Positions 1-16,659 of a stretch of 64,000 nucleotides of DNA are shown here, one piece after another. The stretch comes from Eledone cirrhosa (taxonomy: Eukaryota). Where the stretch lies: positions 79,980,001 through 80,044,000 of the forward strand of contig OZ024741.1 in NCBI GenBank assembly GCA_964016885.1, in the 5' to 3' direction. The translations under genes and the position numbers were made by a program. The notes beneath the pieces were generated by a model, which worked only from the letters and a program-made list of their open reading frames with translations, was not told the origin of the DNA and did not search any database. Position 1 is the stretch's first letter. Every line of letters starts with the position of its first letter.

Positions 1-2306
<2,306 letters not shown>

Positions 2307-2380
2307 TCTATCCTTTTATATATATTAGGTATATTTTTCAGTCCGTTGTGACTTGCCAGCGTTACACGAAATCTTAAATT

Positions 2381-2437
<57 letters not shown>

Positions 2438-2579
2438 TTAGGTTAATAGGAGTTAGGTATTGTATACCCGTGTCCCATTAAGGTATTGGCAGCATAATAA
2501 TTAGCTCTATGCTTTGTAGCAGAGCCGTATATATGATAAAGAACACAAGAGCGTCTACAACATCAAAAGATTTTTATTG

Positions 2580-2624
2580 GCTTACAATGTTTCTTCCTTA
2601 CGTAACCGTAGGATTCGTCAGAGC
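2580..2624 (-). ncRNA. Hammerhead ribozyme (inverted copy of 3763-3807)
   Basis: Reverse complement of the 3763-3807 motif. Confidence 0.8.
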
Positions 2625-3762
2625 TATAAAAGGGGTTTGATTGGTGTTATGGACTCTACCAACCAAACATTCAAGAACAAAGAGTAAAGAGAGTAAAGAG
2701 CAAAACTAGGGGACGATAAGTCTAATTTTGGTGCGGGAGGGTGGGGTGTGAGTCCTTGTTTACTAGCTGCGGTCATATTCATTCCCGGGAGTCGAGTGGT
2801 TAGCTGAACCATAGAAGACCAGAAAACCATACTTCATAATATTGAACCAAGAGATTGATTTGTGCGACCAAAGTAACACCACACACATATTGAACTAGGA
2901 ATATTGGATCTTCCGTCAATGTCTGGGTGAGCAAAAATAGATTTCTATCTGCATTGGAATTTACGAACTTGTGCATCTGCTGTGGTGTCAAAAACAAACG
3001 CACATGAACGCACAGATAAACAATGGACTATGCCACGTGGCTTGAACCTGTAAGTGAATTGAAGGTTCTGTAACTCTGATATACAGATTATTTATTATTA
3101 AGATGTATAAACTTGACAAAACTATTATCACCTTATATTCTCTCAACTAATCACATTTGATCATATTTCTCTATCCCGTTTTCTTCCCCCATAATTATAA
3201 TATTTTTATTTGAAAATATCGGTTTTTTTACATTGTGTTTTCCCCTTCAAATACTTGCTTATATTTCTTTATATATTCCCTATATATTTTTTTAATATAT
3301 ATATTTTTTTAATATATATATTTTTTAACTTTATTCTTATTTTCACTTTTATCCTCCTTTATATTTTACCTTATTCTTACTTTTATACCTTATTATAGTG
3401 TAATCTTCCCCATGCCTTATTATACATTATTAATTATAGATTATTATTATTACTCTTTTTCCATTTCTAATTACCTCATGTACTTTCTCCTCCGTTATAT
3501 ATATATTGTATGCCCTTTGTGTGTGTGTACCCTCTGCACACCCTCTGCACCCTACTATCGACGCCACCCCATCTATGGTTCAGCTAACCACTCGACTCTC
3601 AGGAATGAATATGACCGCAGCTAGTAAACAAGGACCCACACCCCACCCTCCCGCACCAAAATTAGACTTATCGTCCCCTAGTTTTGCTCTTTACTCTCTT
3701 TACTCTTTGTTCTTGAATGTTTGGTTGGTAGAGTCCATAACACCAATCAAACCCCTTTTATA

Positions 3763-3807
3763 GCTCTGACGAATCCTACGGTTACGTAAGGAAGAAACAT
3801 TGTAAGC
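3763..3807 (+). ncRNA. Hammerhead ribozyme
   Basis: gct-CTGACGA-atcctacg gtta cgtaagga a-GAAA-CATTG-TA|agc, then AATAAA at 3809. Confidence 0.8.
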
Positions 3808-3873
3808 CAATAAAAATCTTTTGATGTTGTAGACGCTCTTGTGTTCTTTATCATATATATATATATATATATA

Positions 3874-4541
3874 TATATCAACTAGAAATTGATTGACATA
3901 TAAATAAACATATGAAACAATCACAGGGGATAATTTGTAAAAGTGTGTAAGCACACATAGCTAGGTAGGTAACTAAATAAAGTTTAACTAGAACTTCAAA
4001 AATAGATACCTTATAAAATGATTAATCTTCCTTGTATATATTCCATTAAAGAAATATATTTCACCAATTAATCGATTGGTAAACGACAGTAGCCAGATCT
4101 TGGATTCTCAACAAGGAATTGTAGAGCTTAATTGTAGAGCTAACTCAGTTGAAAGGGCCTGACTGCTGTTTCTAGTTGTTAGTAACCCTATTCACGCCAC
4201 TGGGACGAAGCTGGTATGATGTGTGTATTTTTAGTAGATACAGCACGTGTTACTGGCCAGTCGAACTTGATGCGTAAACACAGATGGTTGGACTCCTTCC
4301 TTGTTGAGAATCCAAGATCTGGCTACTATCGTTTACCAATCGATTAATTGGTGAAATATATTTTTTTAATGGAATATATACAAGGAAGATTAATCATTTT
4401 ATAAGGTATCTATTTTTGAAGTTCTAGTTAAACTTTATTTAGTTACCTACCTAGCTATGTGTGCTTACACACTTTTACAAATTATCCCCTGTGATTGTTT
4501 CATGTGTTTATTTATATGTCAATCAATTTCTAGTTGATATA
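3874..4541. repeat. Fold-back element with ~245-bp inverted arms (3874-4118 / 4297-4541)
   Basis: Direct reading shows reverse-complement arms with only a few mismatches. Confidence 0.85.
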
Positions 4542-4664
4542 AAATGCTCGGACCTATTCATTAGAATCTTGGAGCTTATTTTACGGGTGATATGGCGCAT
4601 GTCTTTCTGGCATGACAACCATAATTTGATTTAGATTAATTTTATTTTAATTTATCTTAATTTT

Positions 4665-4723
<59 letters not shown>

Positions 4724-4726
<3 letters not shown>

Positions 4727-5002
4727 TGGCTGCCAACTCGTTTTCGAGTACAGCCACTACTTTATATCCATGTAGGAGAACCCCTCCCGATGCGCTGAAC
4801 GAGTGTGACTTTTTAGTCCAGCCAGTGACTTGAAAACTCTGGTACAAACACTACACTTGTGTCAATTATTGTCACATAGTGCTGGGCCCATGGTACCATG
4901 TGACGACAAGTGCAGAGAGATCTCCAGATATAAAGCAATGCCTGTGCCGTGAAGAATTTATAGTGAGCAAAGGCACTGCACAAAGCCAGTCCCACTCTCT
5001 CT
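4724..5002 (-). mobile_element. 5'-truncated copy of the short RTE-derived element seen at 33730-34841
   Basis: Reverse complement of ~34048-34325; flanked by (TA)n. Confidence 0.8.
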
Positions 5003-5150
5003 CTATATATATATACATACATATATACATACATATATATATATATATATATACATACATATATATATATATACATATATATATATTTATATATATATAT
5101 ATATATATATACATACATATATACATACATATATATACATATATATATAT

Positions 5151-5236
<86 letters not shown>

Positions 5237-5412
5237 AAAGAAGAAGCTTTTATTTTTTTAAACTCCATTTTTCTTCTTCCCTTATTAAAAATATTCCGTC
5301 GGATACCATTGGAGTGCTAAAGATGGAACACACCATAGATTGTTGACCTAAAGAATCAACAAAGAATCAAGGGAACAAAGAATCAGTGTTGTATCATATA
5401 CATATTTAATTA

Positions 5413-5502
5413 CATATTACATATGTTTCACTGTCGATCAGCTCGGGGAACGATCTACTGATGATCGCACCTGACTCTGGAATCGGAAGCTCCTCAGATA
5501 TG
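5413..5502 (-). ncRNA. Hammerhead ribozyme with long stem II, in a diverged fold-back (5375-5510 / 5612-5750)
   Basis: catat-CTGAGGA-(~60 nt)-GAAA-CATATG-TA|atatg; the plus-strand partner (~5621-5710) has a mutated core. Confidence 0.7.
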
Positions 5503-6412
5503 GTTTAACATGTAGACTCGCATCAACATGTTACAATAGGAGAATCTAATATACATTATAACGTGTGAAGACTGCCACGAACATTATTATATCAACAACC
5601 CCCTCACAGATATGCTTTAACATATCTCATGAGCTTCCAATTCCAGAGTCAGGTTCGATCATTAATAGAGCGTTCTTCGAACTGATCGTCTGTAAAACAT
5701 ATGTAATATGTAAATAAATATGTATATGATGTAACACTGATTCTTTGTTGCTTTATATATTAATGTTATATATATATAATGAAACGATCGTTTGGAAAGA
5801 GGGATGTATTTAATTATGTCTCATATAAAATAATACAACTGGCTATCCACAAAATACGTATAGTTAGCACCCCAAAAGTATAATTGGGATTATACTAAGG
5901 TATATCCCAATGTTTGTTGAGTTGGACGGAAGTCAGTCGGAGTATAGCTTAAAGCTTTCTCTGTTAATGTATTAAATATATATATATATATGTATGTGTG
6001 TGTGTATGTATGTATCTATGTGTGTATGTATGTGTGTGTGTATGTATGAGTGAGTGAAAGGCCCCCAGTTGTTATCACAACACCTTTCTAGGAGAGGAGA
6101 AACCCTGAAAAAAAAACCTGCGGCTTCGGAAGCATCCGATGATATTGACCAGTTCTCCTTTTCGGGTAGTGTTTTCGATGCTCAGAGAGTGGGATTAGTC
6201 GAGTGCAAGGCTTTTCCCTACTTAAAAAATATTCAAAGGCATTGCTTGTTCAGGATATGTTACAGATTTGTGCGACTGGCCGGAGCCTAAAAGTGCACCA
6301 AACTCTATAATGCTCCAAGGAATTACAGTACTCTTAGCAGAGTTTGCAGCCATCATGTATGTATGTATATAAGTATGTATATATATAAACATATATTAGG
6401 AAAATATTCAGG

Positions 6413-6506
6413 ATCCCGACGGCAGAGCTCAAGCCGTTTCGACGGCTATATCTGGACTAAATTAGATTTTTAGCGTGGTAATAAATAGCCGGACTTTTCA
6501 AGGGGT
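6413..6506 (-). ncRNA. Hammerhead ribozyme, family A (inverted pseudo-LTR copy)
   Basis: Reverse complement of the 7808-7901 motif with a few substitutions. Confidence 0.8.
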
Positions 6507-7807
6507 AATTCCATATATGGGCATGCGATAATCATGGATTTCTCAAGGTTGTAGTTGTCAAAACGATTGGTCAACATTTCTTGTAAACACAGGTTGCAAC
6601 ACCAATCGGAACACCTAGGTTGCAACACCAATCGGAAAAAATCTTCTTTAGACTCCTCGAAAAACACTTCCCACCACAACACCGCTACCACAACATAGTC
6701 AAACAAAAACACTATCAAACTCTCCTACAGCACCACACCCAACTTCGCACAAAACATCGCCTCCTCAAACAACAAGAAACTCAACTCCTACGGAAGAAAC
6801 AACCTAGACATTAGTGGAGAGCCGACCAGGAGCTGTAACTGCCCTGATAGATCTACGTGCCATAGGATTAACCGCCTGTGACTTTAAGACCCGGCTCTAC
6901 CAACATCGACATACTTTCAGAAACCCGACCCGGCGACATGCCACTACACTTTCGGACCACATCTGGGACTTCCATAACATACCATCTTACTTGGAGCTTA
7001 CTTTTCAGGGCTAACTCCTACACGGAAGGACGCCGTCCGTGTAACTTATGCTCGGAGGAAACAATACAAATGCTGTTGACGAAGGACCAACTTGTAAACA
7101 AAAAAGACGAACTTATAACTGCATGTAAACACCAATTGCATAGGACTTACCTCGCCCTCAAATCCCCTCATGACCCGGGTGGGTAGACAATGGCTGTAAC
7201 ATCCTTCTTTTCCCCACTTGCCGAAAAAGATAGGGGAAACCCCAGCATACATAGGTAGATGTAATTCTTTTCTTGTTTCTCTTTATCTCTTCTTCTTACT
7301 TCCTTCCAGTCCCTCTCCTCTTCCCTTTCCTTTTTCCTCTTTCGCTTACCCTGAGGCAGCCCATCGGGCTTTCGTAGCCTCAGTACCCCCACCCCCGTAA
7401 ATTATATATAGCATTGGCCGAAAACGCAAACCAGCTAAAAATATAGCAGCTGTTCTAGACTCTAGTTTTTTTGTTTTGTTTTTAATTTTTTAATTTTTAT
7501 TTTTTTTATTTTTTTATTTTTTTTATTTTTTTATTTTATAATTTCCCATTCGCAGATTACTGTATAATTCTATTTTCGCTTTCTTTCTAGCTAGCCTACT
7601 TTATCCACACTCCTTAGAACTTACTTTCAACGCTTGACCGGCTTCACCCACTCCCTTATTGCTCTACAGGCAAGTTCAGCCACCCCACCTCCCACCCTAC
7701 CTACCACCATGAAAGATTTAACCGTGTTTACAAGAAATTTTGACCAATCCTTTTGACAACTTCAACCTTCTGCAATGCATGATTATCGCATGCCCATATA
7801 TGGAATT

Positions 7808-7901
7808 ACCCCTTGAAAAGTTCGGCTATTTTTTACCACGCTAAAAATCTAATTTAGTCCAGAAATAACCGTCGAAACGGCTTGAGCTATGCCGTCGGGG
7901 T
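7808..7901 (+). ncRNA. Hammerhead ribozyme, family A, U3-A8 variant with full stem III
   Basis: acccc-TTGAAAA-long stem II-GAAA-cggc ttgagctat gccg-TC|ggggt. Confidence 0.85.
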
Positions 7902-9194
7902 CCTGAACATTTTCCTATTACCCACTCTACTACCCAATATATCGAGTACTCTGGTGCGTTATGGTCCACCTGGTTCCTTACCACACTTCCTTCGTTATAA
8001 ACATATATTATAGATGTGAAGGGGTTGTTGATATATAATGTTCGTGGCAGCCTTTACACGTTATAATATATATTAGATTACCCGAGTTGCAAGAGAAGTC
8101 ATTTTTAAATTTAATGATGATACCATCTTTGAAATTAAGTTCGTTCCCATCTAACAGATAGTTTCATACTCTGCAGTAAAGTCGATTGCACCTTTTCCTT
8201 CATGTTTTTTCGTAATAATTTGCAGTTTTTTCATTCGTTAACATTCGATGAAATAGTTTACCGACAGAAATCAGGATACGGGGACAAAAGTTACGCCAAC
8301 ATATGCCAAACTAGTTATGAGATATCATGAATCACAAATTTACAAAAATAGAAAGAACAAATTTATGAGAATAATTTCGGCAACTATATAAAAGAAAACT
8401 GGAAGAGATACTTGGACGAGTGCTTCATATTGTGTCAGAAGCAACCGTCTCCAACTAATCTGGCTGGATCCCCAAGCGAGGCCAGCCAAGCTCATGGATG
8501 TTATTGGTTTTACCGGTAAAATCTGTCCAGCGATTCTTTCCTGAGACATTGTAACCGCATTCCCATAGTATCGGAGGTGTAATATAGTGAGAGGACGGTT
8601 CAATCTGTAAAATAAAAAATGACTCCTCTTGCAACTCGTAGAATCTAATATACATTATAACGTGTAAAGGCTGCCACCAGACGAATGACGGTTCACCGTC
8701 AACAAATCAGGATCCCACACACCAGAAAGATCCCACTTGGCCATCATATATAGATGAATGTGGAAGACGAATTCTGCCAAATTTCGATATCTTCCCATTC
8801 TACCATCTAGGGAAAATTTCACTCAGGAAAAATGTATTAATAAGGAAAGATTTTCATAAGTAAATTCAAATCAAAACTCAATTTTTTTACACACAATTTT
8901 TTAAATAATAAATAAATAAAGCCTGAATTACACCCCATGAAATAAAACATATTCTCCTCGATATTAGATAAAACCAGTTGCGTCCCCTGTGATCAGCAAA
9001 AGCACAAGCGTCTAACCACGTGATATAAACGTGAGAAAACCATTTTTCCAAAGACTGTAACAAAAATCTTTTTGAAAAGGCTGTAAACACAGCTGAAACT
9101 GGTTAAAGTAAGCACAAATATATAAATAATCATCAAATACAGAAAACTTCTAAATAACCAAAAGGTCAGTCACTGCATTTTTCAGAGCCTATTT

Positions 9195-9197
<3 letters not shown>

Positions 9198-9239
<42 letters not shown>

Positions 9240-9242
9240 ACA

Positions 9243-9341
<99 letters not shown>

Positions 9342-9399
9342 ACTCACACACACATACACATATATATATATGAATATATATATGTATAATATGTATAAA

Positions 9400-9462
<63 letters not shown>
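9198..9462. repeat. (CA)n then (TA)n microsatellite, representative of dozens in the window
   Basis: Direct reading. Other long arrays include (TA)n at 2185, 20570, 34936, 37800, 46935 and 58657; (GA)n at 10086; (CTT)n at 16347; (TAC)n at 30931; (TG)n at 31447 and 57743. Confidence 0.99.
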
Positions 9463-9464
<2 letters not shown>

Positions 9465-9489
9465 CTTAGAATGGAGTGAGAATAAAAAG

Positions 9490-10025
9490 AAAGCAAGAAC
9501 GGGGAGGGAGTTTTCCTCATTAGTTGTCTACTGGGGGTCTCGGATATTTCCACGCTTTAAAGACAAGATATCTACCGCCCAGAGCGTTCAATAACTGGGT
9601 AAGTTATTGGGAAAACGGAGGAGGGAGGGAAGGAAAATAGAAGGGAAAATGGAAGAAAAGAGAAAACAGCAAAAAAAAAAAAAAAAACCAAGCAATGTGC
9701 GAGCAACTTAAGGTAAGAAAATCCAAGACCACAGCGATAACAAAACTTAAGTTCAACAGCGTGTGGGCGAGCGAAAAGACACGTCTGACCCCAGCGAGTG
9801 TAAGAGAGAAAAAGACTGCTAGAGGGTCAGGCGAGGAAAACAATGAGGTGGCTGGCAGAGAGAGAGGATAAGTGAAAGTGAGAGGGAGAAAGGGAGAGGA
9901 ATAAAGAGGGGTAAGAGTAGATAGTAACGAAATAGGTAGGTAGAAGGAGAGAAGACTGGTCACAGCGAAACATGATAAAATATATGGAGAAAAGGATTGG
10001 TTGTGTAGTTGCTAGTTAAGGTAGC
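9490..10025 (-). repeat. Dispersed repeat family (related segments at ~40595-40775 and ~59725-60158), probably a PLE 3' UTR relic
   Basis: Shared blocks such as gagtgtaagagagaaaaagac..gaggtggctggcagagagag..ggtcacagc and gatatctaccgcccagagcgttcaataac. Confidence 0.55.
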
Positions 10026-10083
10026 TTAAAATGGAGAATAAAAAGAACATATATATATATATAACATACATATATATATATAT

Positions 10084-10162
<79 letters not shown>

Positions 10163-10619
10163 CACTGTGACCGACTTGTCAATAAGTTTGAAAAATACGT
10201 ATTACACCACAGTTCAAATGGATTAATTGGATCGATATAGAAATGTATATTTAGTTTTGCTTCCCTCCCATAGAAATAAATGATATTTTTTAGTTAGCTG
10301 TCAAAAGAAAAAGATATATTCTTATAGAGAAATTAATTAATTCTTATTCTTTGAGGTATGTCATGTAATTTTCTCATTTTCATACAAACCAAATACTTGG
10401 TTTGTAGGTCAGATACTTTTTTTTTTTTTTCTATCGTTGTTTTCGTTGCGGTTGTTGGTTTTGCCAAAGTAGATGTACCTTATAGCAGTCTGCACTAGCT
10501 CAATTACTATTAATATTTGCTGTCACGAATTGATACTTATATATCATATATGAATAAATAAAATATAAATAAATAGATAAATAAATCAATAATCTAATAT
10601 AATATTTATTTAATTCTTT

Positions 10620-10965
10620 CATTATTGACCACAAGAGCCGATACATGTAGGACAATGTAAGAGACAGGGACAGTGGAGGTTTACAAGAAGTTGAAGAGCT
10701 TGAAAACCCAGGGATAACTTAGGAACCCCACAGATTATAAATCACCTTAATGACCAAGAGCAGCATAGGAAGGTGCCCCACCACTTACGAAAGTCTCCAA
10801 CCTAAAGGCGTATGATCAGAGTAGACCCATTCACTTGAGCCATTTTCACTACATTCAACCACCTTTTAACAAATGTACTGGGAGGCAGCATTTCCCTCTC
10901 CACCTTTAACTTACTTTCCAAGTGGAACTTGAAAGAGTCGACAAGGGCTTGTTGGTCCATCCGCT
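10620..10965 (-). mobile_element. Probable Tx1/L1-like LINE 3' end fragment (a related piece lies at ~17170-17320)
   Basis: Peptides ALVDSFKFHLESKLKVERE..FVKRW and LVAMTKEVVWRTRLKELKTDTFL resemble C-termini of Tx1-type ORF2; clade assignment is from memory. Confidence 0.4.
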
Positions 10966-11009
10966 GCCAACACACTTTACATAGAGGGCTGGACATGCCG
11001 TGGCTGATG

Positions 11010-14000
11010 GTGCGCAAAAAACACTTTCTCTCCTCTTTTTCAATCATGACAATGTCAGGTCTTCCAGGGTTCAATAATTCTATCTGTTTGTACAGTCAGA
11101 TCCCACATTATCTTTGCTTTGTCATTCTCAATTACACTCTCAGTTCATGGCGATACCATGTCTCTTCCACTTTGAATCCATATTTCTGACAAAGTAACCA
11201 ATTCAAGTGCAAGCACACCTTGTCGTGGCGTCTCTTGTAATATTTTTGCGCAAGCAAAGTACAGCCACTTACGTGTTACGTTCTCCACTTTTGATCCATA
11301 CAACCTACATTTGTCGTTATCGCTTTGTCCATGTAACGTCATTGAGTTGGTGCTTAGGGCTTAATCCTGGGTAGTTAAAAGCAAACCTCCCGTCTCTTTC
11401 TTCATATCTCCCCTTCTCAACCAATTCCACGATCATTCAGTTTTCTGGTGCCTAGTCTGTTCTTCGAATTGGCCGCGCAAAAGCATTGAAGCTATCAATT
11501 CGTGCTTTTCTTTCTCAACTATTTTCTTGTTATCCTCTTTGCTCTCCGTGTTTGCTTTCACTTATTTATTTGTCTTGGCAATGTATTTGGGTAGTATATT
11601 TTTGCTGTTTGCAAAGTAAGAGTCTAGGCTTCTCCTCTCTGCAGCGATGCATTCTTCTATTCCAATCACTCCTCTTCCACCATTCTTTATTGACTCATAC
11701 AGCCTCAAAATATTTGCACCTTACAGATTTCCCCCATCTCTGTCAAAATCACCCTGGTCTTTCTGTCAATGTCTTCCAGTTCCTGTTTGGTCCAATTTAG
11801 GACCGCCTCACTGTATCTCATTACTGCTACGCCCACCAATTTATAACTGTCATCAACTTTCGTACATTTGGTTTTGTTTTACACGTAGTCCTAGTCTCCT
11901 GAAACAAGTTTCTTTGACTAGTTATTTCATCTGACCATCAAGAAATTCCACGTTAAAGATTTCATGCAGTGGTTTTTGTTCCCATTTAGTGCAGTTTATG
12001 TTGGCCTTCATGTTTTGCCAACACTTTGATATTCTTTGCGGCTTTAATTGCAGAATCACCAACATTTTCATACTGTATTCCTAATTCTTCCGCAAACTTC
12101 CTACTTTCCTTTGTGGCTGAATGTAATGGCTTCTTCCCTTCGTGTACTACAACCATTTTCATCATCCAGTCTTCTGTGGTTTTTGATTGAGTTCAATGGT
12201 CGATATCCTGTCTGACAGCTCTAGCTGGATGATTGCTCTATCTCCATTCTGTCTAGGGAGATAGAGGTGACCCACATCTTCTTTTGGGTGATGTATTCTA
12301 ATATAGGTAAAACATTTCTTGGTTTTAGAGTCCATTCTCTTAATTTTGTTAACGTTCTAATTTATGATATTGAATTTGTATGTGAAAATTGGGATTTCAA
12401 GTGAATTTATGGCAGATAATTGAATCCTCGAGTTAAGCTCAGTTTTCAAGACAGCACGTACTCTCCGGTAGCATTCCTTCCTGACATTGATCTTATGCAA
12501 CCAAAATGAAGTGCTCGTCCAGAACTCTGCAGCTACTGATGGGTGGGAGTTTGATCTACATCCAGCTCATTACTAAGGGGAACATACTGTCCATGCAGCG
12601 GTTTTGCTCCAGTTTAGTGCACAGTTTCTGTTGAGCTTCTTGTTTTACCAACATTTTGATATTCTTTGCTTTAATTGCTGACTCGCCATCATTTTCATGT
12701 ATTCCCAATTCTTCCGCAAACTTCCTACGTTCCTTTGTAACTTTCGTGATCTACAACCATTTTTATCATCCAGTCATCTGTGGTTTCAAGATACTCATCG
12801 AGTCCAATGGCGGATATTTTGCATGTCAGCTCTAGCTGGATTATTCCTCTACCTCCATTTAGTCTAGGGAGATAGAGGCGATCCACATCTGTTTTGGGGT
12901 GATGTATTTTATTAGTTTTATTTCCTGATTTTGGTTTCCACTTTCTTCATTTCATTAACGTTCCAGTTTATAATATTGAAACTGTAGGCGACAGCAAGGG
13001 TTGCAAGTGCATTTATGGCAGATAGTTTATTCTTTGAGTTGAGCTTAGTTTTTAAGAGAGCACGTACTCTCTGGTAGCATTCCTTCCTGATTCTCTTTCA
13101 TGCTAGTGTGGTGAATACCTTGGCCTTCATTAATCCCTAGATATCTGTAGGCTTGTTCTTGTTCTAGTTCCCTAATTATTGTATTCACATCTATTTCCAT
13201 TGAATTTGTGCTTATCATTCTGCCTTTTTTTAATGTTGCTTTTGCGCATTTTTCCAATCCAAACTCCATCCCCACATCATCGCTGAACACATTAACTGTC
13301 TTCAACATTCCTTCCAATTCGTTGTCATTTCTGAATACTGTATCAAGTCATCCATATAAAACAGGGGATTTATGGTTTTGCTGTCAATTTTGTAGCCATA
13401 TTTTGTTTTGTTGAGCGCTAAAGATAGTGGTGTAAGTGCAATGCAAAATATCAGAGGAGAAAATGAACCACCTTTAAAAATACCACAGTTAGTACTTATG
13501 CTGCTGCAATTTTTAGTCCCATTACTGTGTGGCAGTGATAGATTTGTATTCCATACAGACATGTATTTCAGGAAGTTTGATATTACAGGAGAAATCTTCA
13601 GAACATCCAAAGTTTTCAACGATCAAATATTTTTTTATAGTCAAGCAGTACTCACTTGTTATGATACTTTTCCGGAATTATACGGTTAAAGAGAAGTTGG
13701 TTTTTGCAACCGTGAGACCCAATCTTTCTGCTCAATAGGGAAAAGATAATTTTCATCCATAAATTTTAAAGTTGTCTCAGTCAAGATTGAGATGAGAATT
13801 TTGTATGATATGGGAGGCAAGTGTTAGGACGATAATTTTGGGGAGTATTTGTTTCTGTTGATTTTGGCAACAGACATGTTTATACCCTGTGCAAACCAAT
13901 CAGGAGTTTTCTCAGGGTTGTGTATAATTTCGTTATAATATCTTACCAACGTATCATGAGTAGCTGCTAGAGAAGGTAACCAGAAGTTTGGCATTTTATC

Positions 14001-14481
14001 AACGCCAGGGGATTTCCATTTGTTGGTTTTCTTTAGCGCCAACTCCATTTCTTTCATAGTTGTATCTTGCCAAGTCTGCCTTTCGAAATTATTGTTTCTT
14101 CCATGCTCTTTATTCATTCTGCATTCGCATTACGGGATTTTTTTTTTTACTTCACTGTTTTCCAAATTTCTTAAATTTCATGAATTAAAGGAGGTTCCTT
14201 GAATTATCCCAATTTCCCTTTAAAACACAAACAGTTTATTTTGCCTCTAAAACATATTCCACTTTTCAACTGTAATTTCTGTTTCAGGATTTCTTTGATT
14301 GATGGAATATCAGGTTTTGAAGTTCCTTGTATTTTCGAAATCACTTTCTTTCCTTTCCGTGACTTGACAGATTTCCCAGCACATATTTCATCCAGTATCG
14401 ATATTTCTCCCCTCATCATTTCGATTTCTTTCTCAATTTTTATCTTCTAAATTTGTGTGTGTGTGTGTATGTGTGTGTGTG

Positions 14482-14537
<56 letters not shown>

Positions 14538-15560
14538 TAGCATTCTTTTCGCTTTTTCCTTAGCACACATTTCCTTTTTATTACTGTTGCTACTGCATAA
14601 ATAACCTCATTCAATTCTGATACACCAGGCTCCAAATCTTCAATTATTTCTTTAACAGCCTGATTTCCAGTTCTTATGTGTCTTGTTCTGGTTGTTGCTT
14701 GTCATTTTTTGCAAAGACTCTCATTCACCCATATTAATAGGGTTTTTTTCCCAAGTTCATAGAGAATTTCTTGTTTTGTTTGTTCTATCTGATCCTTATG
14801 TTCACGAGTAGAAATATTCTCATCCATATTGTCAATCTGTCTTTCAGCTTGACCCTGCTTTGTTGTGTTTCTGATTCTTTCAATGTTCTGTGAAATATCT
14901 CCTGGTGACAACATAGTCAATACGTTTTGTGGTGACTCTTCTGTCATTTCTATCTCTTTCTGATTTTGGTATTCGCAAACCTTTTTCAACATTCTTCTAA
15001 ATTTCATTTAACTCTGCATCTGTTAGTGTCTTGTTTATAATAATATCTCTTCGAATATTTACAAGTTCAGGTTTGGTCTCTTTTCTGGATTTCTTCCCCT
15101 TCATACCTTAAAAGAATTTATTGTGTTTTGATTCAGTTGATTTTCCTTTTGAGTGATAAAATGCTTATATCACATCTTTATACTCTTCTCGAATCCATGT
15201 GATGCGTTAAGCTTTTTGTCTTTCTCGTGATGCTGAACCTGGAGGTTTGAGATTATTCTCATTCAAGTGACCAATCAAGTCCGTATTTGGAGAAGAGCTC
15301 GTTTCAGTTGCAGTCTTTTCGACCATAGTCTGAATTCTCCCCGAGGGACGCAGCCCTTGTTGACCTGGGCAACGACCGATCCGGTATGTGTTTTTGTCCG
15401 TAGACATAGTGAGGCTCTTTTGTTATTTCTTTATGCATTTTATCCTTCACCACCAAGGGGTCATTTTGTTCAACATACCACCTCTAGGACGATTATCAAC
15501 CAAGATTATTGAGTACGCCCTGCCCATGAGACACAGCTACTCCCCGCCGGATGCCAGGGT
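11010..15560 (-). mobile_element. Decayed R4/Dong-clade RLE non-LTR retrotransposon (RT + restriction-like endonuclease), rearranged, with an internal diverged duplication (~11950-12485 vs ~12640-13090)
   Basis: KWKSPGVDKMPNFW; GIFKGGSFSPLIFCIALTPLS..YGYKI..INPLFYMDDL; GMEFGLEKCAK..YRYLGI; RPDIVMIEKEERKCF. The 5' end abuts (TAA)n, as known for Dong elements. Confidence 0.85.
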
Positions 15561-15769
15561 TTTTATTATTATTAGTGATGTCCTTAATGTTTCCTTCGTG
15601 TAAACCCTTTGTGGTTAATAAAGAAATCCCTACCGCCATCACCACTTCCACCACCACCACCAACACCACTTCCACCACCACCATCAGCATTATTATCAAT
15701 TTTATTATCACCATTATTATTGCTTTTGTTTTTGTTCTAGTGGCTATCCTCTGTAATTTTGTTCTCAGA

Positions 15770-15935
15770 GCGTCAGACACCATGCTTTGCAGCATAGAGT
15801 TACGGCCCTTTACGGTCTGAGTTCAAATCCCGCCGAGGTTAACTTTGCCTTTCATCCTTACGGGGTCGATAAAATAAAGTACCAGTAATACACTGGGATA
15901 ATTGCTGGCCTTGTGCCAAAACTAGAAACAATTAT
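15770..15935 (+). mobile_element. tRNA-derived cephalopod-type SINE
   Basis: B-box GAGTTCAAATCC followed by GCCGAGGTTAACTTTGCCTTTCATCCTTACGGGGTCGATAAAATAAAGTACCAG; further copies at 27455-27725(-), 32060-32190(-), 59643-59722(-), 62340-62440(+) and 62797-62942(+). Confidence 0.8.
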
Positions 15936-16659
15936 TGTTACTTTCTGATGTTAACGTTTTTGTTTATGTATTATCCTAGGCTGCGTACATAGAAAAGGAA
16001 TTGGCAGATTGAAGTTAACGTTGTCTACTTTCTGTGTTGTCGCTAATGTTGTTGTATTTTGTCCTTCTCAGTAACTAGACTTCTCCAGACAACATTGTTG
16101 TGACCACAAGGCGCTGCTTCAAAGTCAGCAACATCAGACTATAAATAGATTGCTATAAAATTTGTCAAGCTATTTTAACAAAGAGCGGAAGTTCTTTCTC
16201 TTCGACAGATTTTAGAAAACTTGCTGTTAGTGTGAAATTACTATGAACATTTGAAAAAGTTCTTTGCCCGGTCCATCTCGGAAAGAAATAAGAACAAAAA
16301 TGTAACATACTCTCACCACCGACACATGCTGCTGCTGTTGCTGCTGCTTCTTCTTCTTCTTCTTCTTCTTCTTCTTCTTCTTCTTCTTCTTCTTCTTCTT
16401 CTTCTTCTTCCGAGTGACCTTCAGGAGTATACCTACTTTAGGGAATTTGTTATATTTTAATTTGTTAATGTTTATTTTTTAGTCTTTGTTATGAACTTTT
16501 CTCATGCACACACAAAACAACCCACGCTTACTGTCCCGTTTTTATTGTCCTATTAATGTAAGCTGTGGGTGGCTAATAAAGAAACCATTAACATCATTAT
16601 CATTCGTAACTCTTTTGCTCCGGCAATGGCCAAATGTCTTTTTATCATTCCTTCTCCTT

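Larger units (their letters stand above)
2530..3860. mobile_element. ORF-less PLE-type fold-back element (inverted pseudo-LTRs ~2530-2813 and ~3574-3856) between (TA)n
   Basis: Near-identical ~285-bp inverted arms, each containing the same HHR. Confidence 0.8.
6392..8000 (+). mobile_element. 5'-truncated decayed PLE ('family A') with inverted 5' pseudo-LTR (6392-6575) and 3' pseudo-LTR/tail
   Basis: Remnant peptides FFRLLEKHFPPQHRYH, IGLTACDFKTRLYQHRHTF and CNLCSEE..NKKDELITACKH; 6395-6570 is the reverse complement of ~7738-7918. Confidence 0.85.

Noticed and set aside
4154-4200. Possible minus-strand HHR (GTGAATA…GAAA-CAGCAG-TC) in the 3874-4541 fold-back
   Set aside because: Core positions 3 and 8 form at best a G-U wobble, and the stems are poor.
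15440-15560. HDV-like ribozyme at the 5' end of the R4/Dong LINE
   Set aside because: GC-rich and plausible by family, but I could not assemble the pseudoknot by eye.
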